The position numbers and the translations under genes are program-made. A stretch of 64,000 nt of DNA from Vicinamibacteria bacterium (GTDB lineage: Bacteria; Acidobacteriota; Vicinamibacteria; Vicinamibacterales; UBA8438). The DNA lies in contig CAUZDY010000014.1 of assembly GCA_963578805.1 (NCBI GenBank), forward strand, positions 514-64,513, in the 5' to 3' direction. Each line of letters starts with the position of its first letter. Positions within the stretch are counted from its first letter, which is position 1. Shown in pieces: positions 10,174-19,221 of this stretch. A model generated the notes under the pieces. The model did no database searches and was not told the DNA's origin. It saw only the letters and a list, made by a program, of their open reading frames with translations.

Positions 10174-11292
10174 TTAGTCCGCCGCGAAACGGCTCAGTGC
10201 CGTCGCCTCGAGTGCGGCATCCCGTGTGCCATCGAGCACGTAGTCGGCGACGATCTGAGCGGTGAGTGGTGCCAGCAACACGCCGTTCCGAAAGTGCCCG
10301 GTTGCGTAGAACAGGCCTGACAGACGCTCGGACGGGCCGATGGCCGGCAAATCATCCGGTGTCCCAGGCCGAAGGCCGACCCGCACACCTTTAAACCATG
10401 CCTTGCGCGCGGTTGGAACAAGCTCGCACGTCATGTCGATCAATTGCTGAACGCCAGAGACGGTGGCACGCTCGTCGAATCCGACATCTTCGACCGTGGC
10501 GCCCACCAACACGGAACCATCCGTCCACGGGACCAGGTAGCACCGGTCGGTCCAGATCACGCGCGCGAGAGGCGATTTCGGCCAACCCAGATGAAGCAGC
10601 TGACCGCGCACGGGTCGAACGGGCACCGGTTCCTCGCCCTCGGCCTCGACCTGCCCCGACCAGCTTCCTGCGGCCATCACGACCGCGTCACACACCACCG
10701 TGTCAGTCGGCGTTTTAACCTGCAGCCCGTCGCCACGGCTCCTTGAGACCTTCACGGCTAATGCTGACGGCGTGAAGATCACACCGTAGGCGCTCGCGGC
10801 CCGTCGCAGGGCGTTCGTCAAGTCGGCAGCACCAACGAAACCATGCGACGCCACGACGAGCCCTGACAAGACCGTTGCAGACAGCTGGGGCTCGGCTTCA
10901 TGAACCGCCCTCTGGTCGAGATAATCGGCGGTCACTCCGAGATCACGGTAAGCGCATGCCGTCTTCTGGAGCCGCCGGGCGGTCTTGGTATCACATGCGA
11001 CCTCAAGTGTGCCGCTGCGAACGTATTGAACCGCTGCCCCCGAGTCCTCCACGACCCGGGCCATAAATTCGTCGTAGAGACCGAGACTTCGTCCTCCCAG
11101 CTCGAGAAACTGACTTCCCGCATGGGCCATGATGTAGGGGGCCAGGACACCAGCTGAAGCCTGGGTAGCTCCCTGGCCGACCTCTCCGCGGTCGATGACG
11201 TGAACACGGCCACCGCGCCTGGCGATCTCGTATGCCACGGCACATCCAATGACGCCAGCGCCGACGACGACGACGTGCGTTGTCTTTTTCAC
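10174..11292 (-). CDS. thiO: Glycine oxidase ThiO (DAO family)
   Basis: VVVVGAGVIG, ATQASAGVL, VRPVRGQ, GLRPGTPDDLPAIG and GHFRNGVLLAP. Confidence 0.85.
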   Translation of the reverse strand: MKKTTHVVVVGAGVIGCAVAYEIARRGGRVHVIDRGEVGQGATQASAGVLAPYIMAHAGSQFLELGGRSLGLYDEFMARVVEDSGAAVQYVRSGTLEVACDTKTARRLQKTACAYRDLGVTADYLDQRAVHEAEPQLSATVLSGLVVASHGFVGAADLTNALRRAASAYGVIFTPSALAVKVSRSRGDGLQVKTPTDTVVCDAVVMAAGSWSGQVEAEGEEPVPVRPVRGQLLHLGWPKSPLARVIWTDRCYLVPWTDGSVLVGATVEDVGFDERATVSGVQQLIDMTCELVPTARKAWFKGVRVGLRPGTPDDLPAIGPSERLSGLFYATGHFRNGVLLAPLTAQIVADYVLDGTRDAALEATALSRFAAD

Positions 11293-11363
11293 GATGAAGT
11301 GACCAGCCAGCCAGTGTACAAAGGCGTTCGGCACGAACGCAAAATGCCTTGATTCTTCGACGG

Positions 11364-12050
11364 TTACCGTTGCGACGGAGACGCGCCATCCTCGTCGTAG
11401 TAATCGACCTCGTCAAGCGGCACCACAACACTCGACAACACGTTGAGCACGTGACCGCCGATCCGCTTGTAATACCTCGTCCCGAGAATCAACGCGGTTG
11501 TGGTTGCGGCATCGTGGTTTCCGCTTCCGATTTCAGTAATGAGGCGATCGCACTGGCGGGCGGTTTCACGTCCCTGCTGAATCAACTCCAGTGCTTCATC
11601 CTTTCGCGAATGGCTGAACACGTCGGCGCACGACCGAAACGCGCGCTCGACTCTCTCTCGAATTGCGACTAGGCTGGTCAACTCAGGGCCCTCAGGAAAC
11701 GGACCCGGTCTGATGTCGACGATCTCCGACAGGTTCTTCGCATAGTCACCGAGGCGTTCGACATCCTTCACCAGACTTATCAGCAACAGCGAATACGGCA
11801 GGTCGGCTTCATTTCCTGGAATCGCCAAATGGGTGATGACCTGGCGTCTGATCGTGCGCTCAAGCTCGTTGACCTGCCCGTCCCAACCATAGATATTCTG
11901 GCGTTCCACGGTAAGGTCTTCCTCACCGAAGAAAATCTGCCCGGCGGCGATGTTCATGTCGTACGTGAGCTGCAACATTCGACCAAAATTTATGCCCATT
12001 TCAGACAAGGGGTCACTAGCACGAAAGATGCTGAGAAGTTCACGAAGCAT
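11364..12050 (-). CDS. phoU: PhoU domain protein
   Basis: VNELERTIRRQV, KDVERLGDYAKN, RYYKRIGGH; coupled to the Na/Pi transporter. Confidence 0.8.
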   Translation of the reverse strand: MLRELLSIFRASDPLSEMGINFGRMLQLTYDMNIAAGQIFFGEEDLTVERQNIYGWDGQVNELERTIRRQVITHLAIPGNEADLPYSLLLISLVKDVERLGDYAKNLSEIVDIRPGPFPEGPELTSLVAIRERVERAFRSCADVFSHSRKDEALELIQQGRETARQCDRLITEIGSGNHDAATTTALILGTRYYKRIGGHVLNVLSSVVVPLDEVDYYDEDGASPSQR

Positions 12051-12068
12051 GGTGTCTTCCTTTCTCAA

Positions 12069-13232
12069 CTACTGGATGAAGCGACTGACGGCGATACAAA
12101 GGGCCGGCAGCCCATAAAAAAGCATCACGATCCATAGCACCGTTAAACGCCGCGATCGAAGCGCCAGCCGACTCAGTCCACGGGACAAACGAAGCGGCAC
12201 ACGTCGGATCATCTGAACCGGATAAATAATCAATAGGCCACTAAGATTGAAGAACAGATGGACGAGCGCGATCTCAAGTCCGGCACCGGCATTCGGTCCG
12301 GAAACCGCAAGGGCAGCCAGTAGGGCCGTGACTGTCGTCCCAATATTCGCTCCGATCGTGATTGGAAACGCCTGCTCAAGCTTCAGTAAGCCAGCGCCAC
12401 CGAGCGGAACCAGAAGGGAGGTCGTGATCGAACTCGATTGTACCATCACGGTGACCAGAACCCCGACCGGGATCAAGACAACGGCTCTCGTTCCCAACAC
12501 GCTGTTGAGAACACGCTCCACACGTGAGTGCATGGCCGAACGCATCACCTTGACGAAAAGGAAGAGTGAGCAAAAGATAAAAAACCCACCGACCGCGATC
12601 AAGAACAAGGACCTGATTCCGTCCCCTGAAAAAAGCGTCTCTGCCAGAGTAATGACCGGGGAAAAACCCAGACTGATGGCCTCCCGTAGTGGGCTTTGAT
12701 ACTCGAGACCTCCCACCCCGCTCAGAAACGCGGAACACGCGCCCGCCAGGCGCCGCAGATAGCCGGTCATCATCTCTAGAGGGAGTAAAATCAGAACCGC
12801 AAGATAGTTGAATACGTCGTGACACACCGCCACCGGAAACGCCCGCTCAAACTCATCACGCCGACCAATGTGGGCCAATGACACGATTGTCGCCGTCACC
12901 GTCGTTCCAATGTTGGCACCCATGATCATCGGGACAGCGTTGGCGAGCGGTAAAGGATTCTCTGGGGCGGCGACAAGCCCGACAATCATCGCGGTCGTCA
13001 CTGACGAACTCTGAACCAACGTCGTGGCGAGAAGACCCACGACGATACCGATGAAGGGGTTCTCCGTTGCCGCAAAGAAGGTCGTGATGACGTCCTCACC
13101 GAGGAGTCTGAATCCATCGCCAAGGCCCTTGACACCAAGAAAGAAGACGAACAACAGTCCAAGGGCTGACAAAAGCCGTGGGGCAAAATTGGTGTGAGAA
13201 ACCGTGGGTAGTTGCCCAGCTAAGGGGGTCAA
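12069..13232 (-). CDS. Na+/Pi cotransporter (NptA/PF02690 type)
   Basis: Two QSSS repeats (LVQSSSVTT, MVQSSSITT) and two GANIGTT motifs. The likely start is the TTG at 13232 behind a GGAG SD; the ORF is open to 13268. Confidence 0.9.
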   Translation of the reverse strand: MTPLAGQLPTVSHTNFAPRLLSALGLLFVFFLGVKGLGDGFRLLGEDVITTFFAATENPFIGIVVGLLATTLVQSSSVTTAMIVGLVAAPENPLPLANAVPMIMGANIGTTVTATIVSLAHIGRRDEFERAFPVAVCHDVFNYLAVLILLPLEMMTGYLRRLAGACSAFLSGVGGLEYQSPLREAISLGFSPVITLAETLFSGDGIRSLFLIAVGGFFIFCSLFLFVKVMRSAMHSRVERVLNSVLGTRAVVLIPVGVLVTVMVQSSSITTSLLVPLGGAGLLKLEQAFPITIGANIGTTVTALLAALAVSGPNAGAGLEIALVHLFFNLSGLLIIYPVQMIRRVPLRLSRGLSRLALRSRRLTVLWIVMLFYGLPALCIAVSRFIQ

Positions 13233-13443
13233 TTTAGCTCCGGGACTGACGTCATGACCGTTCTTCAACCGAGTTAATAAACCGGTCCTCTCCGGTACCG
13301 GGCGGTAACAAGTCTAACGCAGCCTCATGTCCGGGCCTTAGGTCACATGGCCACACGGAGCGACACTCCGGCTCATGAGCGGAATGGGTCTATGCGGCTC
13401 CGAGACTGATATCGTGGCCGTTCTTCAGCCGAGTTAACAAGCC
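13226..13443 (-). repeat. Two imperfect ~58-nt direct repeats (13226-13283, 13386-13443), period 160 nt
   Basis: Ungapped alignment gives 46/58 identity. In the 47-nt core (39/47) all mismatches are transitions. Confidence 0.85.
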
Positions 13444-13656
13444 CACAGGTCGGTCCATCAAGGCCGGGCGATGATAGTAATAAAGCATTTAATATCAGCC
13501 ACTTATCATCACATGGTCCCACAGGGAAAACTTCGTCTCTTAAAAAAACACCTAGCCTGAACCCGCTGTGGAGAACAGCCGAGAAGGAGTCACAATCCCC
13601 TAAGAGGGTCGGCACGCCTTTTGCTCCGAACAGGAAATAAAAAGAGGAGACTCTCT

Positions 13657-14700
13657 ATGGCAGTCAAACCGATAGCTTTCGTGGCACTTGCGACCCTCGT
13701 CGTCGCTGGAGCCGGCACCGGGGCATATCTTGCGGTCCGGGATAACCGATCTCAAATCACACCAAATGCCGAATCGACGCAGTTCGGTGCACTGTTCAAA
13801 ACAGTACGGACAACGACCCATGCGGTCGAAACCATTGAAGAACTTATTTCAGACGATACATTAACTGGCAGGAAAGTTATCGACCGTGACGTCGTTAGCC
13901 AAACGAAGGAAGCCGTCCCCGCGTCGACCAAGAATAGCAAGTATCAATCCAATCTGAACGCATCGGTAGCGGATCGGGCGAACGCGGGAGACGCGCCAGC
14001 CGCTGAAACCTCCTGGCGCTCCACCCAGCCCAGACCGGTACGACCGAGCGAGAGCACCGGGGCCACGGTCTCCGAATCGCCCTTTCCGGTCGAGACCCCA
14101 AGCCTTGTCGCCTTGGCGACGATTGAACCGGCGGCCGTCGGTCGTCCGGTCGAAGCTGAAGAGCGCCCGCGCATTGTTCGGGACCTTGTGATTGCTGCCA
14201 ACTCGGTTGTCGGCCTTCAGGTCGATACGTCGGTCTCGACCGAGGACGCCGCGGTCGAAGACCACGTAGAGGCCCGCGTCACACGGGACGTGATCGTCGA
14301 TGATCAAATCGCCGTTCCCGCCGGGACACGCGTAATCGGTTCGGTTGTGCTGGTTGAAAGGGCCGGCGAATTCAAGGGCGCGGCGAGGCTCGGTGTGCGG
14401 TTTCACACCGTCGTCCTCGATGACGTCTTCGAGCTTCCGATCGGGAGCGAGACAGTTTATCGCAAAGGCTAGGGACGCGGGAGCAAGAGCGCAGCGAAAA
14501 TCGGCGGCGCGGCAGTCGGTGGTGCCATCCTGGGCGCCATTTTCGAAGGACGTCAGGGTGCGGCTATCGGTGGCGCGGCAGGTGCAGCCGGCGGCACAGC
14601 AGCGGCCATGGCTGGCGACGGCCAGCCTGCTACCCTCCCCGCAGGTTCCACCCTAACCGTTCGGATTTCGCGCCCCGTAACGATCACGATCGAGTATTAG
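13657..14700 (+). pseudogene. Membrane-anchored VirB10/TrbI-like protein with glycine-zipper tail, interrupted by an in-frame TAG
   Basis: GAGGAG SD and N-terminal TM. The ORF stops at TAG 14470-14472 but the same frame continues GRGSKSAAKIGGAAVGGAILGAIF...LPAGSTLTVRISRPVTITIEY to TAG 14700. Confidence 0.75.
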
Positions 14701-14713
14701 GACGAGGCCACCA

Positions 14714-14722
14714 TGGTATAGT
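14714..14722 (+). promoter_or_regulatory. Extended -10 promoter (TGG-TATAGT), probable leaderless
   Basis: TGn-TATAGT, then 6 nt, then GTG 14729. Confidence 0.55.
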
Positions 14723-14728
14723 TCGCCC

Positions 14729-15862
14729 GTGCCGCACGACGAGATCACGCGGGCGGTGCTGGCACGTGAAGAAGTGGTTCGCTACCTCCAGGGAAGCGAA
14801 GACGAGAGCCCGCTTCAGGCTCAAGAACGCGTTTATTCTTATCTCGAAGAGCTCCGAACGACACAGCGGTACCGGATGTACCGCGCCCTTCAGCACCCGC
14901 TCTACCCGTTGCTCAGGAAAATCGACCTACAGGAGGCGCACGTCGGCATCGCCCAGACTGCGACGCGGCAGGGTCGGGTGATTTACGCATCGAACCACAA
15001 GAGTCATATTGATTATCTCGTCCAGCCGTTGATGCTCGACAACAACGGCATTCGACCACCTGTCATCGCCGCAGGAATCAACCTGTTTGGCGGAGCCCTA
15101 GGGCTGATTCACAAGCATGTGACCGGAGCAATCCCGATACGACGGGAAATGAAGGACCCGGCCTATCTCGCTACGCTCAAGGCATATGTCGCCGAGGTCC
15201 TGCAGCGGCACGATCTGTTTCTCTACTTGGAGGGGGGTCGGAGCTACAGCGGAGAGCTGAAGCGTTTCAAGACGGGCCTGCTCCACGCCGCCGCCCAGGC
15301 GCAAAGAACCGACGTTGTGGTAATTCCGGTTGCGATCGCCTACGACCTGGTACTCGAAGACTTCGTGCTGTCACGTCAGCGTGTCAAACGTCAACAGCGA
15401 CCGTTCGCCCGTGAAGTCGCCGAGATGATCAGATACGCCGTGGGCTATCACAGCCGAGCGATCGTAAACTTCGGAGAACCGATCCGGTTGTCGGAATACG
15501 ATCCGAATGCTCGGCGGTCTATGGTCCAGCTCAACCGCCGTCTGCGGGACGACATTGGTCGCCTATATACAGTCGTGCCGAGCGCCCTGATGGCAGCTGC
15601 TATGCGGCCGTCAATCCAACGCGATGAGCTGGAAGACCAAATAGACCGGCTGATTGAGATCCTCCGAGCGAACGGCGCCAGACTCGCCGTCGAGACCGGA
15701 CGAGAAGCCGTTGAAGCCGCCACCGAGCCACTCACGACACGTAAGATTCTCGTGGTCGAGGGAGACCGGTATCGCGTTCGTGAGCGAACGGTCCTGCGCT
15801 ACTACGCCCGGACAATTGAGCACCTCCTCAAAGACAGAAGTCGGTCCGCCCTAACCCACTAA
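14729..15862 (+). CDS. Glycerol-3-phosphate/DHAP acyltransferase-like protein (PlsB/PlsC domain)
   Basis: ASNHKSHID (HX4D), AAGINL, AIPIRR and YLEGGRSYSG blocks. Confidence 0.85.
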   Translation: MPHDEITRAVLAREEVVRYLQGSEDESPLQAQERVYSYLEELRTTQRYRMYRALQHPLYPLLRKIDLQEAHVGIAQTATRQGRVIYASNHKSHIDYLVQPLMLDNNGIRPPVIAAGINLFGGALGLIHKHVTGAIPIRREMKDPAYLATLKAYVAEVLQRHDLFLYLEGGRSYSGELKRFKTGLLHAAAQAQRTDVVVIPVAIAYDLVLEDFVLSRQRVKRQQRPFAREVAEMIRYAVGYHSRAIVNFGEPIRLSEYDPNARRSMVQLNRRLRDDIGRLYTVVPSALMAAAMRPSIQRDELEDQIDRLIEILRANGARLAVETGREAVEAATEPLTTRKILVVEGDRYRVRERTVLRYYARTIEHLLKDRSRSALTH

Positions 15863-15914
15863 CGCGCTGACCGCTTCGGACCAGTCGGATGTCGCGCGCG
15901 AGGCCTAACGTCTG

Positions 15915-16142
15915 ATGCTTGAGTCACTGTCGCGAGCCATGTTCCTGTTGGCCTCAAAGAGCCGGTCACTCAAGGTCCGGTACGGTCTCCAGTCCGAGGT
16001 GCTCGCCGCGGGACAGGTCATTCGTGTCTACGTGCCGCTCGGATCAGAATGGTTCCCATGCTTCATCCGCCGGCCAGTTAAGTGTCTCTCGAATCTCCGG
16101 TTCGTCGTCAATAACGTGCTCTACGAACAGCGCGGAGGATAG
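15915..16142 (+). pseudogene. Internally deleted proline dehydrogenase
   Basis: An N-terminal-like segment is fused in frame to the C-terminal motif IRVYVPLGSEWFPCFIRRP (cf. VRVYVPYG..W.PYF.RR); about 230 aa are missing. Confidence 0.7.
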
Positions 16143-16180
16143 CACCGACTACGCTGATCAGGTGCACTCACCGGCTGGGA

Positions 16181-17263
16181 CTACTCAATCCAGTCTGCGA
16201 GAAAGATGTTCGTGTCACCTTCGGTGGCGCCATCGCGATTGGACGCAAAGACTAGCTGCCGAGCGTCTGGCGAGAACATCGGAAAGCCGTCAAACGTTTC
16301 CCCGAAGGTGATCTGCTCAAGGCCACTACCATCGACGTTGATGATGAACAAGTCGAAATTCCGGCCATCTGGATTATGCAAGTTTGACGAAAAGATAATG
16401 CGCTCTCCGTCGGGATGCCAAAACGGGCCGAAGCTGGCACCCCCGAGGTTCGTGACCTGCTGAAGATTTCCACCATCGGCGTCCATCACAAACAATTCGA
16501 GCTCCGTCGGGCGCCACAGCCCTTCATCGAGCAGACGCTTGTAATCATCGTACTCCGGCCCGTCAAGAATTTCTCGACCCCGAAACACGATCTTCGAGCC
16601 GTCGGCGGAGAAGAACGGTCCTCCGTCGGGCCCCTGTCGGGTTGTGAGTCGACGAACGTCTGAGCCGTCTTCATTCATCGAGTAGATTTCCATGTCGCCG
16701 TCCCGCACGCTGGTAAACACGATTCGACCGTCCGGACCAATCGTTGCCTCGGCATCGTACCCAGGTGTGTCGGTTAGCCGCGTGAGTCCAGAACCATCGG
16801 GCGCAGCTCGAAAGATGTCATATGTGTCGTAGAGCGCCCAGACGTACCCCATCTCGAAGCTCGGTGGTGGCGGACACTCGACGCCGCCAAGATGCGTTGA
16901 TGCGTAGAGGATCGATTCGCCATCGGGATAGAAATAGCTGCAGGTAGTCCGCCCATCGCCGGTCGACAACATGCGGACGTCAGATCCATCCAACCCCATG
17001 CTGAAGATCTGGTCGCACGGCACGCCTTCACGTGTCGATTGAAGAATGAGCTTGGACCCGTCTAACGAGAAGTAGGCTTCGGCGTTCTCGCCACCGAACG
17101 TCAGTTGACGCAAGTTGGCGAGATGCACTTCCGCCTGTGCGGATTCGCCGGTCTCCGCCCCAGACGGCTCAACGATGGACGGATCCAAACTTGCGGCTCC
17201 GCACGCCAATGCCATCACCGTCGACAATCCGGCGACCACGGTTCTACACGACTGCCACAGCAT
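16181..17263 (-). CDS. TolB-like PD40 beta-propeller protein, probable lipoprotein
   Basis: Repeated F/WSxDGxxIVFxSxR units; ALAC lipobox-like signal. Confidence 0.88.
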   Translation of the reverse strand: MLWQSCRTVVAGLSTVMALACGAASLDPSIVEPSGAETGESAQAEVHLANLRQLTFGGENAEAYFSLDGSKLILQSTREGVPCDQIFSMGLDGSDVRMLSTGDGRTTCSYFYPDGESILYASTHLGGVECPPPPSFEMGYVWALYDTYDIFRAAPDGSGLTRLTDTPGYDAEATIGPDGRIVFTSVRDGDMEIYSMNEDGSDVRRLTTRQGPDGGPFFSADGSKIVFRGREILDGPEYDDYKRLLDEGLWRPTELELFVMDADGGNLQQVTNLGGASFGPFWHPDGERIIFSSNLHNPDGRNFDLFIINVDGSGLEQITFGETFDGFPMFSPDARQLVFASNRDGATEGDTNIFLADWIE

Positions 17264-17311
17264 CGATGTCCTCCTACTCTCCCCGTTGTGCCACTCACCG
17301 GTAAACGCTCG

Positions 17312-19174
17312 CTACCGGCGGCCCAATAGCTCCAAGAGTCCCAAGGAGAGCCATGGTACATAAGTGATGAGGATGACACCAACCCCCAGGATCACGAGCA
17401 TTGGCACCGCGGCACTGTAGACGTGGAGGATCGGCCGATTGAATCGATACGATGCAAAGAAGAGGTTGAGACCGACCGGAGGGGTCAGATATCCCAGCTC
17501 GAGATTGGCAATAAAGATGATCCCGAGATGAATCGGATCGATTCCATATGCGATACCGATTGCGCCGATCAGGGGAACGACCACAAAGATGGCCGAGAAG
17601 ATGTCCATCAGGCAGCCAACAACCAGCAAGAATATGTTGAGCGCAAGCAAGAACAGCAGAGGTGACTCGATTCGTGACTGCGTCCATTCCAGCAACCGGA
17701 AGGGAATATCAGCGTCGAGGGTGTACGCAGTGAATCCCTTCGCCGCAGCCAGGATGACCAGAACACCACCGACCAGCACGACCGACTCACGGAAGGCCTC
17801 GTGAAGGCCATGCCACAACGGGAAGTCTCGATGCACCAGGCCCGTCGCGACGGCCGCGTAAAGCGCCGCTAGTGCCGAGGCTTCAACCAGAGTCACCCAT
17901 CCGCTGAAGTACGACACCAGCACGATGACAGGCAAGGCCAACTCCCACTTCGCGGCCCACACGGCTGGCCCTACCTCAGCAGCAGAGAACGCATGTCGGC
18001 CGGCACCTGTGATCCTCCCTTCGCGTATCCCCCAAGCCGAAACAAGCCCAATGAGGAGAACCCCGGGTAGTAATCCACCCAGGAAGAGGTCATTCAATGG
18101 CACCCCCGCAACCACCGCATAAAGGATCAGCGGCAGTGCGGGCGGCAACAAGAGTCCAAGAGACCCCGATGCGGTCAGGAGTCCGACCGAGAAACGGTCA
18201 CGATATCCATCCTTAAGGAGCGCCGGTAACAACAATCCTCCCAACGCCAAAATCGTCACTCCAGACGCGCCAGAGAAGATGGTGAAGAAGGCGCACACGA
18301 CAACACACACGACCGCCGTCCCGCCGGGCACCCATCCCACCAACGTCCGAAAGACACGGAGAAGGCGTTCGGAGACCTTCCCCTGAGCCAGGATGCAGCC
18401 AGTTAGGGTGAACAAAGGGATAGCCGGTAAGAGGGGCTCGGTGGCCAGGTCGTACGCATAGAGGGCAACCTGAGCCGGCGGCACAAAGAAAGTCATATAC
18501 AGGAAGACGCCTGCACCGGCCAGCACCGCGAAGATCGGAGCACCCGCCAACGCGGCTGCAACGACTAACCCGACCCACGGCCATCCGGAGGTGCCGTCAA
18601 GAAACTCGTAGGCCGTGCTGAGCCACAGACCAGCCAGCACTCCCAGCGCGGCAACGGACCTCTTGAACCACCCACCGGCACGCCACGCCAATCGACACGC
18701 GATGACCGAAAACGTAACGGGCAGCACGAGCAGCACTACCCACACCATCACCCCGAGAGCAATTTCAGAACCGAGGTCTCGCTCGACGGCGACGACGTCC
18801 ATGGCGCCGCGTGCAAGGATCGAGCAGACCGCCGCCCCAAAGAATGCCGAAAATACGCTGGCCGCGGTCCGAAGCCTGCCTTCCGGAAGGAACATGGCGG
18901 TTGACAGGGCGATCAGCTTGCCTTCTCTAGCCGCCAACGCCGCCCCAAGAAAGCCCACCCAGAGCGTCAGGTGCTGGACAAAAGGGATCGAACCTGGAAT
19001 ACCACCTGCGCGAAAAGGACGAACGGCAATCTCCGCCAAAGGAAGGATGACCATGGCGGCCAGGGAGACCTCCGCGATGAAGTCTTCGCCAAAGTGGATG
19101 GCTCTGAGGATCCCTCGACGAGGGGACAATGAGTCTACCGCCACCTCCGTCTCGGGGTGCTCGGATGGGCTCAT
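17312..19174 (-). CDS. TRAP transporter fused small+large permease (DctQM)
   Basis: DctQ-like N-terminus (VQHLTLWVGFLGA); LPAIPLFTLTG, SGASGVT, ASGSLGLLLPP and GYLTPPVGLNLF. Confidence 0.93.
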   Translation of the reverse strand: MSPSEHPETEVAVDSLSPRRGILRAIHFGEDFIAEVSLAAMVILPLAEIAVRPFRAGGIPGSIPFVQHLTLWVGFLGAALAAREGKLIALSTAMFLPEGRLRTAASVFSAFFGAAVCSILARGAMDVVAVERDLGSEIALGVMVWVVLLVLPVTFSVIACRLAWRAGGWFKRSVAALGVLAGLWLSTAYEFLDGTSGWPWVGLVVAAALAGAPIFAVLAGAGVFLYMTFFVPPAQVALYAYDLATEPLLPAIPLFTLTGCILAQGKVSERLLRVFRTLVGWVPGGTAVVCVVVCAFFTIFSGASGVTILALGGLLLPALLKDGYRDRFSVGLLTASGSLGLLLPPALPLILYAVVAGVPLNDLFLGGLLPGVLLIGLVSAWGIREGRITGAGRHAFSAAEVGPAVWAAKWELALPVIVLVSYFSGWVTLVEASALAALYAAVATGLVHRDFPLWHGLHEAFRESVVLVGGVLVILAAAKGFTAYTLDADIPFRLLEWTQSRIESPLLFLLALNIFLLVVGCLMDIFSAIFVVVPLIGAIGIAYGIDPIHLGIIFIANLELGYLTPPVGLNLFFASYRFNRPILHVYSAAVPMLVILGVGVILITYVPWLSLGLLELLGRR

Positions 19175-19221
19175 ATATTCTTGGGTAAACTCAGCGAAAC
19201 ACGCACATTTGGGGTATGTGC

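Noticed and set aside
14470-14472. Pyrrolysine or genome-wide TAG recoding
   Set aside because: TAG terminates many intact genes here (hup, frdA, frdC, ileS), and no pyl genes are in the window.
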